Shown here: positions 1-9,352 of the stretch, in pieces
How the letters are laid out: each line of letters starts with the position of its first letter
Numbering within the stretch: position 1 is the stretch's first letter
Notes under the pieces: model-generated
The model's input: only the letters and a program-made list of their open reading frames with translations
What the model was told of the DNA's origin: nothing
Database searches by the model: none
Translations under genes and position numbers: made by a program
DNA from: Candidatus Latescibacterota bacterium
Lineage (GTDB): Bacteria; Latescibacterota; UBA2968; UBA8231
NCBI GenBank assembly: GCA_036336855.1
Contig: JAYZFI010000052.1
Coordinates: 7,087-71,086, forward strand
Direction of reading: 5' to 3'
DNA length: 64,000 bases

Positions 1-774
1 GTCGCGAAACAATGTGAAGCCTGTGCTCAGAGCGGCGGGAAGGCTAGGCACGATGGGGAAGTGGAAGTGCAGCGCCTCGGAGCTGAACACGATCAGTGGT
101 ACTGCGAAGCCCACCCACATCACTACTGACTTGAACAAGGCCGGGACTCGGTTCTCACCCTCGCTCTCGATCATCTGCAAGGGCAGCTGCACCATGGGAT
201 AGGCGAGTCGCTCGTGCTGCGACCACTGTCGGTGCAGGATCACGCCCATGCAGATCATCATGAAGCTGAGTACCAGGAAGAACACATACCACGCCGTCAG
301 CGGCGTGATCCACGCCTCCCAGGGGATGGGTTGACCTGAAGGGAGTCCCTCGTGCAGGTACTTCACCGCGAAAAAATCCTGGGGAGTCACCCAGGAGACC
401 ACGAAGGGGACGATCTGCTCGGCCCAATTGTTCTCCGGCGAGGCGTAGTAGTGGAGCCCCGCGGTGACCGGGATCAGGGTTCCGACGAAGGCCTGCGTGG
501 GCACGGCCACTGCCAGCAGCATCATGAAGTAGACGAGGATTAGATCTGCCCTGCTGAGGGCAAATCGTCGACGGATCAAGCCCACTCCGACGTTGAGTAC
601 CAGGACGATGAACAGAAAAAGGAAAACCGCTCCGGGCGACGAGCTGTTGATCGCCATAAACGACCCCTGGAGCATGATCACCGCGTAGGGAGCGCTGACG
701 CCGATGAAGAACGCGAGTGCCGCTCCGAGGCCGACACCCTTCCACGTAAAGGGCGACCGCGAAGGCACGGTCAC
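1..774 (-). CDS. DUF6785/DUF6784-like multi-pass membrane protein (OPT-like putative transporter), 3' end runs off the window; absent from the ORF track
   Basis: Manual translation from GTG at 774 (GTGA overlap with the upstream stop): MTVPSRSPFTWKGVGLGAALAFF...GLHYYASPENNWAE...HRQWSQHERLAYPMVQLPLQM. Clear paralog of 771..2729 and open to position 1. Confidence 0.85.
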   Translation of the reverse strand, partial: MTVPSRSPFTWKGVGLGAALAFFIGVSAPYAVIMLQGSFMAINSSSPGAVFLFLFIVLVLNVGVGLIRRRFALSRADLILVYFMMLLAVAVPTQAFVGTLIPVTAGLHYYASPENNWAEQIVPFVVSWVTPQDFFAVKYLHEGLPSGQPIPWEAWITPLTAWYVFFLVLSFMMICMGVILHRQWSQHERLAYPMVQLPLQMIESEGENRVPALFKSVVMWVGFAVPLIVFSSEALHFHFPIVPSLPAALSTGFTLFRD

Positions 775-2729
775 GATATCTGCATGCCCACGTAGATGAT
801 GTTACCACTCTCGCCCATGATGAAGTCGATGACCGTCCACATGCCTGAGCAGGAGATCTGACCGAGGATGAGACCGAGAAAGAACGGGCGAAGTCGGCGA
901 TACAGGGGGATGCCGCCGTACTTGAGGATCATCGCTTTGGCGCACCAGCCGATGAGGATACTGAACCAGGTCGACCGGATCATGTAGGTGGCGCCGATGG
1001 GGAAGCCGAGGTAATGAACGGGCCACCACAGGAACCGATGGCGCAGGTACATCAGCAACGCCATGACGGCGGCACCAACGCTGGTGAACAGATAGCGAGG
1101 TCCCACTGCGTCCATATCGATATTGGGGCCGACAGGGTTGGTGATCTTGTGAGCGGCGTCGTTGTGCACGAGCTGCCCCAGTCGGTTATAGAACCACCAG
1201 TGCAGGTTGATGCCGCCGTGCTCGTAGGCCATCCAGATCAGCACCCAGATCGAGGCGGCAAGCCCCACGACAATTGCCAGGAGCATCGACCAAAACAACA
1301 TTCGACTACGCACGTCCGCGGAATCTGCCAGTTTCTGCCCGTTGATCGCCGACGCCATCACCATAGTGCGCAAGTCGCCGGCCCATCCGTAGGTGAGGCC
1401 GAGACTAACGATTCCCGAACTGGTGACCACGTCTGTGCCCAGGCTGTTGACGACGACGGGCTGAGCCGTCATCTGGGCGCGGGCGAAGCCGAGGCCGCCC
1501 TCGGCCACGATGCGAGCCAGTCCATAGAACACGCAGAACGCGACGATCAGGAAGATCACTGTCACTTCCAAGGGAACGCCCGACTGCGAGAGCCAGACCA
1601 TGGCGAACAGTGAGGCCAAGGTGAGCACGATGATCGCCTGGCGATAGGACAGGATCTCTTGGCTATCGTCGATAGGCGAGGCAGAGCCTCGCCAAGCTTT
1701 GTCCCAGACGTCCTTGAGGTGCCCTCTCGATGTCCACAGGCCGACAACGACGAGGGCAATCATCGCGCCCATGCCTTGATGCGACACCGTCAGAGAGCCT
1801 TCGGAGAACAACTCGTGTCGGCCCGGCAGGGAGTAGCCGACCATGTTCTCCACCCCCATCTGCAGCATGGCTATTAGGTGGAAGAGCCAGATGCTCATCC
1901 CCACGTCGAGGCTGAGAAAGTAGGCGAGCCCCATCACCGTGAAACTGACGAACAACTGAAAGCTCTGCTGCAGCCGCGGCACGAATAGGTCATGGCTGAA
2001 TTCGATCTCGGGAACGAAAGGGAAGTAGTGGTTGAGCCCGAGAGTACTCAGAGTGAGAAAGGGGATGGTGAAGCCGGCCCACATGATCGGATTGCGGAAG
2101 AACGGGGTCACCACCTCGCCGGGGTTCCCTTGCTCGGCCATGTCCATGGGTAGCTGAACAAGCGGGAACGTGAGTCGGTCGTGGTCGACCCACTGGCGTC
2201 GCACGATGACGGTGATGGCGATCATCATCAGGTAGATGGCGATGATGAAGGTGCACCAGGCCATGAGGGGAACGGCCCAGGCATCCCAGGGAATGGAAGA
2301 TCCTTGAGGAAGACCCTCGAAGAAATACTGGATTGCCCGTTCGTCCTGGGGTACGAGCCAGCTGGTGACGTAGGGGTGGAGGGTTTCGGCCCAATTGTTC
2401 TCCGGCGTTGCGTAGTAGTATAGCGTGGGCAGCATGGGGATAAGGTTTGCCGTCAGGCCCCAGGTAGGGATAGCCGAGGCGAGGATCATCATCACGTAGA
2501 TGATGACGAGCTCCGCTGGCGTCAGTCCCCACGAACGACGGCACAGCTTGAGCAGAGGATTGACGACGCCCACGAGTAGGAAGAACAGAAAGACCGCACC
2601 GGCGGTGATGTAGTCGGATGACATTCCCGCTGTGCGCATTGCCAGCAGGGCGTAGGGAAAGGCGATGTTGATGACGAGAGCCAGGCCCGTGCCGATCAGC
2701 ATGGCCCGGGGAGTGTAGCGTCCGGACAT
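771..2729 (-). CDS. DUF6785/DUF6784-like multi-pass membrane protein (putative transporter, OPT-like)
   Basis: 652 aa with many hydrophobic helices; motifs YYATPENNW, RRQW..DRLTFPLVQLP, WWPVHYLGFP, YGG..LYRR..PFFLGLILG. Confidence 0.75.
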   Translation of the reverse strand: MSGRYTPRAMLIGTGLALVINIAFPYALLAMRTAGMSSDYITAGAVFLFFLLVGVVNPLLKLCRRSWGLTPAELVIIYVMMILASAIPTWGLTANLIPMLPTLYYYATPENNWAETLHPYVTSWLVPQDERAIQYFFEGLPQGSSIPWDAWAVPLMAWCTFIIAIYLMMIAITVIVRRQWVDHDRLTFPLVQLPMDMAEQGNPGEVVTPFFRNPIMWAGFTIPFLTLSTLGLNHYFPFVPEIEFSHDLFVPRLQQSFQLFVSFTVMGLAYFLSLDVGMSIWLFHLIAMLQMGVENMVGYSLPGRHELFSEGSLTVSHQGMGAMIALVVVGLWTSRGHLKDVWDKAWRGSASPIDDSQEILSYRQAIIVLTLASLFAMVWLSQSGVPLEVTVIFLIVAFCVFYGLARIVAEGGLGFARAQMTAQPVVVNSLGTDVVTSSGIVSLGLTYGWAGDLRTMVMASAINGQKLADSADVRSRMLFWSMLLAIVVGLAASIWVLIWMAYEHGGINLHWWFYNRLGQLVHNDAAHKITNPVGPNIDMDAVGPRYLFTSVGAAVMALLMYLRHRFLWWPVHYLGFPIGATYMIRSTWFSILIGWCAKAMILKYGGIPLYRRLRPFFLGLILGQISCSGMWTVIDFIMGESGNIIYVGMQIS

Positions 2730-2750
2730 GAGGCCCCCCCTGCCGCCCGG

Positions 2751-5333
2751 TCAGTAGACCAGGGAGATGGTCTTCAGCAGACGCGTATCGTCGAGACGGG
2801 CGCCGTCGGTATCGGTTACGATCTCGACGCTGAGAATGTAAAGGCCTGGAGGTGGCAGCTCGCCCCCCGAGTCGAGACCGTCCCACGTTACTCGGTAGCT
2901 CCCCGTGCTGACACCCCGCTGCTCGCGCAGGGTGCGCACCCTGCGACCGGAGAGGTTAAAGACCCCTACCTCGACCGGGCTGCCGTCGCCGACTCGGACG
3001 ACGTTGAAGGAGACCACCGCTTCGTCGTTAATACCATCGCCGTTCGGCGTCAGTGCCAGTGACACCGAGGTGTTGGTGATAAGGTGGTCCCTTCCGGTGA
3101 CGCCCACCAAGGTGGTGGTGTTGCCTTCTACGGCTTTGAGGGCGTCGCCTGCGTCCACACGCTGCCATCCTGCCTGCGCGCCTCGTTGCACCGCGGCGCG
3201 CAGCGGGGCACCGGTAGAGAACAGCGCCGTGCGGAAGTCGAGGCGCAGTATCTCAATGCCCGAGCGCGAGCCCACGCTGGGAAAGGAGATTCGTAGGCTG
3301 TCACCGCCTTCGGCGGCAACGGAAGTGGATAGCGCCTCCGGACTGCCGTCTTCGTCGGCGAAGTCCCCCTCCGAGCCGGCGTGCAGTGATTCGAAGGTCA
3401 TAGACATGTCCTCGGGCGCGACGAGCAGAATTTCGTCAAAGCCGGCATCGCTTGAGCCGAATCTGGGGCTCAAGAACAGCGAGAACACGCGCTCGACGCC
3501 GAGGCTATCCACCTGGAAAGGAAAGATCTCTCCCACGACCTGGCTGGCCACCGGATCAGAAAATTGCAGCCGCAGCGAGCGCAGGGTCGCTGTAGTGTCG
3601 GGATTCTCCGACACCATCACGACGCGAATGATGAGGAACTCTCGTGGCGAGGGCGACAGCACCGGGCTGCCTTCGGGGTTGGCGTAGGGCTCGCTCCAGT
3701 CGCTCCAGTCGCTGCCGGGAACCTGCTCGCCGACGACGTCGCCCTTAAAGATCGACAGCAGACGGCCGTGCTGCTTTTCCGTGACCTCGGTGCCATTCTT
3801 GTGGAAGTAGCGCAGCACTTCGCCGAGCTCGTCGCCGGTGCGGGTCTGAATGAGCACGTCCGTGCCGGATGGAGTCTCCGCTTCCCACTCCATGGACAGC
3901 AGGTTACGGCTGCCACTCAGGCGTATCAGTGGCGACTCCAGAGCCACCCGCGGTTGATAGCCCTCACCGTATAACTGGATTTCCGCCAGGTCGGCCTTCG
4001 TCGTGCGCGGTGCCAGCACCCAGCGCAGGCGGAAGAACCTTGCCGCCACAGGGTCGAAGGCGCCGCCTTCGAAGCGGCGGGCGCAGCCCGCCATCTGGGT
4101 CTCCGGAAAGGCATTTACCCACTGAAGAGAACCGTCGGCGGCCAGCGAACCGTTGGAGAGCTCCACGTTGTAATCGCCGAAGCCGCACTTCGACAATCCG
4201 CCGTAGGCGAGGCGATGCGTGTCGACCCAGTAGAACGAGCCCATGTCGAAGATGATCATGCGGTCGAGCTCGGCAGGCGGCGAGTTTGTGCCCGTGAAGG
4301 GTTGGGAGAAGCTCTCCAAATTTCCGTCAATGAAGCCGGTGAGGTTCAGGGTCATCTTCGGCGATTCGGCGAAGCCGCCCCGCTCAAGAGTACCGGAGAG
4401 GATCTCATCCCCCTTGTTCCACACCTGCAGCTCTGCCAACCGAGGCCTTTCGCGCCGGTAATAGCGCACGTCCCCGCGCTGAGACGGATCAAGGAGCTCG
4501 TAAAACTCGCGGTCGATGAGCAGCTCGCCGCCGCCGCTCAGAGTCTTGAAGTAGTCGACGGCACCCTGATTCTGGGCGCTCAGCGTCGCGTACTGCTCTT
4601 GCGTCACCTCTTTACCACGCTCTCCATTGCTGCCGGTGATGATGACCTGCACGAAGCGAACGCCCTCGGCGGCGAGCTCGGGGTCGACATCGGAGAGGGT
4701 GGACAGATCGATCTCGAAACGGCGCTGATCAGTGTTGGGTGTCAGCAACCGGAACACGGTCTTGAACTCTGGCAGGGGCGAGCCTTGAACCTTGACTGGT
4801 TTGAGACCGTCCGAGACCAGCACGTCGAAGAGCAAAAACGGATCTCCCAACTCCTCCCCGACGAATTCGAGGACAATGCGGTCGGCGAACACTAGTCGCC
4901 CCATGTCGAGGATGAACCACCACTGCTCGCCGATCTTGCGGTCGGGGTCGGCGGGATCGGGCTCCCAGAACGTGGACAGGTCGCCGTCGAGCGTGCGTAC
5001 TACGCCGCTGCGGTTGGACACGGCCTGCACCGCGTCAACGAGCTCGATTTCCTCCGGCTCCTTGTTGGCCACCGAACTAGGTGGATGCAGTTGCATGGAC
5101 TCGACGATGTCCAAGACGGCGTTGGTGTTGCCCTGCAGCTTGCGCACCCGCACGCTACCGTCGGGTGCGAACTGCAGAGTGCCGTCGGCGAAGGTCCAAT
5201 CCTGCCAGTGCTGTTGGGAGTTGACGACGACCTGGCTCGCCGTCAGTCGGTAGCCCTGTGCATCCACCGAGGACAGGCTCGCAGCCAGCAGGCCGATGGC
5301 GAAGACGGATATGCGCATAGGGAGTGAATCCAA
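2751..5333 (-). CDS. Secreted class A protein: two discoidin/F5-8-like domains plus C-terminal FlgD-Ig/TIGR04131-like domain
   Basis: Signal peptide; LDGDLSTFWEP, WWFILDMG, LAEIQLYG; C-terminal TPNGDGINDE...FNLSGRRVR...WDG...PPGLY...SLVY. Confidence 0.75.
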   Translation of the reverse strand: MDSLPMRISVFAIGLLAASLSSVDAQGYRLTASQVVVNSQQHWQDWTFADGTLQFAPDGSVRVRKLQGNTNAVLDIVESMQLHPPSSVANKEPEEIELVDAVQAVSNRSGVVRTLDGDLSTFWEPDPADPDRKIGEQWWFILDMGRLVFADRIVLEFVGEELGDPFLLFDVLVSDGLKPVKVQGSPLPEFKTVFRLLTPNTDQRRFEIDLSTLSDVDPELAAEGVRFVQVIITGSNGERGKEVTQEQYATLSAQNQGAVDYFKTLSGGGELLIDREFYELLDPSQRGDVRYYRRERPRLAELQVWNKGDEILSGTLERGGFAESPKMTLNLTGFIDGNLESFSQPFTGTNSPPAELDRMIIFDMGSFYWVDTHRLAYGGLSKCGFGDYNVELSNGSLAADGSLQWVNAFPETQMAGCARRFEGGAFDPVAARFFRLRWVLAPRTTKADLAEIQLYGEGYQPRVALESPLIRLSGSRNLLSMEWEAETPSGTDVLIQTRTGDELGEVLRYFHKNGTEVTEKQHGRLLSIFKGDVVGEQVPGSDWSDWSEPYANPEGSPVLSPSPREFLIIRVVMVSENPDTTATLRSLRLQFSDPVASQVVGEIFPFQVDSLGVERVFSLFLSPRFGSSDAGFDEILLVAPEDMSMTFESLHAGSEGDFADEDGSPEALSTSVAAEGGDSLRISFPSVGSRSGIEILRLDFRTALFSTGAPLRAAVQRGAQAGWQRVDAGDALKAVEGNTTTLVGVTGRDHLITNTSVSLALTPNGDGINDEAVVSFNVVRVGDGSPVEVGVFNLSGRRVRTLREQRGVSTGSYRVTWDGLDSGGELPPPGLYILSVEIVTDTDGARLDDTRLLKTISLVY

Positions 5334-5380
5334 TGGGTTACGCCAAGACTAAAGGGTCTGAGCTACTCCGGGTCAACCGC

Positions 5381-6766
5381 TTAGGGAGGGGTGTTCAGGG
5401 GGGCGATCCACGATGCCGCACCGAGGCTCCAGGGCTGGCTGCCGAGGTCAGTTGCGGGATCCACCAGCCGTTGCGCGCGACGCCCATTTAGAGACGCCCA
5501 GACGTGGGCGTAGATCTCGACATTGACTATGCCCTCCTTCTCTAGCTCGGCGGCCACTTTGCGGCAGAACTGGCGGATCAAGTCGGGATGCCGCAGCATG
5601 ATGTCGATCTGCCATGTCTCCAGATAGCGGTCCGGCCGGATCGGCCAAACGAGGCGGCCCGCGCTTGCTCGAGCGACGAAGTGATGGCTCGAGGGAAACC
5701 ATTCCGGCAATCCCTGCTTCAACCGTGCATCCGGTGGCAGGACGCGCTTCTCTCGGAGCATCATCCGCCAGGCGAAGCGATGGCCCTCTTCGGTCCAGCT
5801 GGCGTTGCCCTGATACAGGAAATGGCGCAGCGGCAACAGCAGCTGCACGGCGCAATAGCAGGTCAGAACAGCTAGGCCAGGGCCGGTCAGGCGCGCGCGC
5901 GAGTCGGCTGCTACCGGAACCGCTGCCGCGCCCCGCCAGCGTGAGCGTAGCCGCTCCGGCCAGTCAGGGGCGAAGAACAGTGCCGTGGCGCCGATCATGA
6001 ACCAGGGAAAGACGCCGATCGTAAAGATCACCGCATTGCTGAGGTGGAATGCCAGGGACAGCAGAAAGGCGAAGGGGCGGCTGCGCGCCCACAGCAGTCC
6101 GGGTACCACGAGCAAGTCGAACAGCAGGCCGCCCCAGCTGATGAAGTCGACGAAAATGCCCTGAACTTCCGGCGACGACAGCCAGGTGTTGCAAAAGCGC
6201 TGGGTCAGCCAGCCGGCAACCGGTCCCGACACCAGCCAGTTGGGATCGAGCTTGGCCACGCCGCCGTAGAAGTAGACGACGCCGATCTGCAGGCGCAGTA
6301 GCCAGAGGATCCACACCGGGGCCAGGCGCGCCTCGGTCACCGCGCCTCGACGCACGTCCAGCGACCAGCGGTGCGCCGGCAGCACCGCCAACACTGCGCT
6401 GAGCAGACAGAGCAGGTAAAAATGGTTCTGAAAGGCGGCTCGTTCGACCAGGAAGGTGTAGACGAAGGCCAGACAGAGCAGCATAGCCGACAGGCGATAG
6501 TGCCAGCCGACGGCGACCAGCAGGCCAAGGCCGGCGATGGCGAGGAACACGGCGTGCATCCAGGGGTCGGGCACTGCCTCGACCCAGCCCAGCCCCGGAT
6601 AGGTGAAGTGGAAGGAGGGTCGCGCCCACACGTGCTCCACCGTGCCGGACACTAGGTTGAGCACGGCGTCGACGCACATGATGAGGCCGAACCAGATCCG
6701 AAAGAACGCGAGGAAGCTGCTCTCAACGGGCCGCGAGAGCCGATCTCGCCAGCTGTGCACGGGCAT
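5381..6766 (-). CDS. HTTM-domain protein, vitamin K-dependent gamma-carboxylase homolog
   Basis: FRIWFG, QNHFYL, VYFYGGVAKLDPNW, IGVFPW, WTEEGHRFAWRMM, SLNGRRAQRLVDP. Confidence 0.88.
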   Translation of the reverse strand: MPVHSWRDRLSRPVESSFLAFFRIWFGLIMCVDAVLNLVSGTVEHVWARPSFHFTYPGLGWVEAVPDPWMHAVFLAIAGLGLLVAVGWHYRLSAMLLCLAFVYTFLVERAAFQNHFYLLCLLSAVLAVLPAHRWSLDVRRGAVTEARLAPVWILWLLRLQIGVVYFYGGVAKLDPNWLVSGPVAGWLTQRFCNTWLSSPEVQGIFVDFISWGGLLFDLLVVPGLLWARSRPFAFLLSLAFHLSNAVIFTIGVFPWFMIGATALFFAPDWPERLRSRWRGAAAVPVAADSRARLTGPGLAVLTCYCAVQLLLPLRHFLYQGNASWTEEGHRFAWRMMLREKRVLPPDARLKQGLPEWFPSSHHFVARASAGRLVWPIRPDRYLETWQIDIMLRHPDLIRQFCRKVAAELEKEGIVNVEIYAHVWASLNGRRAQRLVDPATDLGSQPWSLGAASWIAPLNTPP

Positions 6767-9339
6767 CAGTAGGCGACGGCGATGGTGGTCAGGAATTTAT
6801 TCTCACCAACGTCGGCTCCGGACACCGCCGTGTGCACCCGCACGCGGATCGAGTAAATGCCCGGAGGCACTAAGTCTCCCGCGTGGTTGCGACCGTTCCA
6901 CCGCAGCTGATAGCGGCCTGAGGCGATGCTACGGCTTTCGTCGAGGCGCTGCACCAACCGGCCGTCGAGGTCGTGAATTTCCACGGAGACGGGACTGTCG
7001 TCGGCAACGAGGACGACGGAGAACTTGATCGTGACTTCATCGCCGATGCCGTCCGCGTTCGGGGTGATCACCCGTGGAATGGCGACAACCGAACGCAGTA
7101 GCTGGCCCTGGCTGGCGTCCGAGATCACTGTCATTCCATTGCCTTCGACCTGGGCGAGAGCGTCTCCGGGCTCGGCCCATTGCCAGAGATCCCCTTCTTG
7201 CCCGTCGCTGCGCTGCAGGGCCACCCGCAACAGCGATCCCGAGGAGAACAGCGAGGCGTCGAAGTCGAGGCGCAGAAGTTCCCCGTCCAATCCCTCGCGC
7301 GACAGTGCCGGGAAGCGCACGCGCATGCTGTCGCTGCGCTCGGAGATTACCTCTGCCGTTAGCATTGTCGCTGCTTGCGAGTTTGACGCCAACTCGTCGC
7401 CGTGGCCCCGGTAGAGGCCGAGAAAGCTCAGCTCCACGTCGGCGGGGGCGGCGAGTAAAAGCTCGTCGAAGCCGGTGTCGCCGAATTGGAAGCTGGGGCG
7501 CACGTACACGGAGAACGTCTGACGTGTCCCGAGGGTTTCAACAGTCCGCGGCCAGATCTCGCCGATCAAGCCGTGAGCCACCGGCGGCGAGAAACGCACC
7601 CGCACCGACTTGAGGCTTCCTGCAACTTCTGGATCTTTGGAGATCAGAGTCGCCCGCACCTTGAGAAATTGCCGCGGCGAAGGCGACACGATCCGGCTGC
7701 CGGCGGGATTGCTGTAGGCATCGCTCCATGGGCTCCACTTCGGACCCGGAAGTTGTTCGGCGATGATGTCGCCCTTGAAAATGGAGAGCAGACGCCCGTA
7801 GGCCACCTCCGTCACCTCCGTGCCATCTTTCCTGAAGTAGTGCAACTCGTCGACGAGGTCGTCGCCGGTTCGGGTTTCGATTTGCACCGAGGTTCCGGGT
7901 GGGGCGTCGGCCTCCCAGGCGATGTCAAGCAGGTTGCGGCTGCCGCCGAGGCGGATGAGATCGGACTCTAGACTGACTCGAGGTTGGAAGCCTTGGCCGT
8001 AGAGTTGGATCTCGGCGAGGGTCACCACGGTGAGGGCGCGCACGATGAGGGTCCAGCTGACGCGGAAGAACCGCGCTACCGTGGGCTCGAACTCATTGCG
8101 TTCTGCCTGGTAGCCGAAAGTCTGGCGGCGATTTCTTACTGGCATCCACGACAGGCTGCCATCGGGCGCTCGTGATCCGTCGGAGACCTCGAGCTCGTAG
8201 TCGCCGAAGACGCTGGTGTAGAGCTCACGTCCGAAGGCCATGCTGTTGCTGTCGATCCAGAAGTGGGAGGCTAGGTCGAAGGTCAGGTGGCGCTCCAATG
8301 AGCCCGGGTTGGTGAAGACCTGGATCAGCATGTTCGAGTTGGAGCGGATATCGCCGTCGATGAAGCTGCCCAGGTTCACCTGCTCGGCGGCGTTGAGTGC
8401 GAACGTGCCACCTCGGTGCAGCACTCCGGAGATGATCTCGTCGCCCTGGGACCAGACCTCCAGCTCCGCGAGGCGTGGCCGCTCCCTTTGCCAGTAGCGC
8501 ACGTCGCCCCGGCGCTCGTCGTCTAGCTGCTCCCACACCGACTCGGCGACCGGCACCTTGGTGCCGCCCGGAAGGATCTTGAGATGATCCACGGCGCCAC
8601 GGTCGTTGGCTGACAAGGCGAAATACTCCTCCAACGTCACCTGCCGCCCGCGCTCACCAGCGGTGCCGGTGACGATGACCTGCACAAAGCGCATATCCAC
8701 GGCGCTCAGCTCGGAGCTGGTGAGGTCGACCTCGAAGACCCGCTCCGAGCGGTTGGGCTGCAGGGTTCTCAGAACCCGGCGAAAGATCGGGTCTGGCGAG
8801 GTGGGCAGGCGCTTGGAGCCGTCCGAGGTGAGTACGTCGAAAAGCAGAAAGGGATCGCCCACGTCCCCGTCGACGAATCGCAGCACGATCTTGCGGGCGA
8901 AGACGAAGCGGCCGAGATCGATGGTGAACCACCAGCGCGACGCCAGGTCGGCGCCATCGGGCAAAGGATCGGGCTCCCAGTACGTGGAGAGGTCTCCGTC
9001 GAGAATGTTGGCGACGCCCGCGGCATTGGAGGCGGCCTGAATGGCGTCGCTGATGGCGATCTCCTCTTCCTCCTTGTTGCCCAGGTGGGTCGGCGGATGT
9101 AGGCGCAGGAAGTCGACAATGTCTTCAACGGCGTTGACGTCCTTGCGCCAGCGTCGCGGCCGTACCTCCGATGTGGAGAACTCGAGGGTGCCGGGGGCAA
9201 ACTCCCAGTTCTGAAAGAGGCTAACCCGGTCGATTACGACCTCATCGCCAGAAAAACGGTAGCCCCGAGTCTGAGCCCTGGCGGGATCTTGGCTAAGGGC
9301 GGCGGCGAGCAGGAAAATGAGAGCCTTGTAACGGGCCAA
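6766..9339 (-). CDS. Secreted class A discoidin-like/FlgD-Ig C-terminal domain protein
   Basis: 857 aa paralog of 2751..5333; signal peptide; LLSIFKGD; TPNADGIGDE; ends IAVAY. Confidence 0.75.
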   Translation of the reverse strand: MARYKALIFLLAAALSQDPARAQTRGYRFSGDEVVIDRVSLFQNWEFAPGTLEFSTSEVRPRRWRKDVNAVEDIVDFLRLHPPTHLGNKEEEEIAISDAIQAASNAAGVANILDGDLSTYWEPDPLPDGADLASRWWFTIDLGRFVFARKIVLRFVDGDVGDPFLLFDVLTSDGSKRLPTSPDPIFRRVLRTLQPNRSERVFEVDLTSSELSAVDMRFVQVIVTGTAGERGRQVTLEEYFALSANDRGAVDHLKILPGGTKVPVAESVWEQLDDERRGDVRYWQRERPRLAELEVWSQGDEIISGVLHRGGTFALNAAEQVNLGSFIDGDIRSNSNMLIQVFTNPGSLERHLTFDLASHFWIDSNSMAFGRELYTSVFGDYELEVSDGSRAPDGSLSWMPVRNRRQTFGYQAERNEFEPTVARFFRVSWTLIVRALTVVTLAEIQLYGQGFQPRVSLESDLIRLGGSRNLLDIAWEADAPPGTSVQIETRTGDDLVDELHYFRKDGTEVTEVAYGRLLSIFKGDIIAEQLPGPKWSPWSDAYSNPAGSRIVSPSPRQFLKVRATLISKDPEVAGSLKSVRVRFSPPVAHGLIGEIWPRTVETLGTRQTFSVYVRPSFQFGDTGFDELLLAAPADVELSFLGLYRGHGDELASNSQAATMLTAEVISERSDSMRVRFPALSREGLDGELLRLDFDASLFSSGSLLRVALQRSDGQEGDLWQWAEPGDALAQVEGNGMTVISDASQGQLLRSVVAIPRVITPNADGIGDEVTIKFSVVLVADDSPVSVEIHDLDGRLVQRLDESRSIASGRYQLRWNGRNHAGDLVPPGIYSIRVRVHTAVSGADVGENKFLTTIAVAY

Positions 9340-9352
9340 GGCGGCGGTCCTG

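Noticed and set aside
5346-5376. Internal promoter TTGACC...TAGTCT upstream of the last class A gene
   Set aside because: 19-nt spacer and weak -10 element; insufficient support
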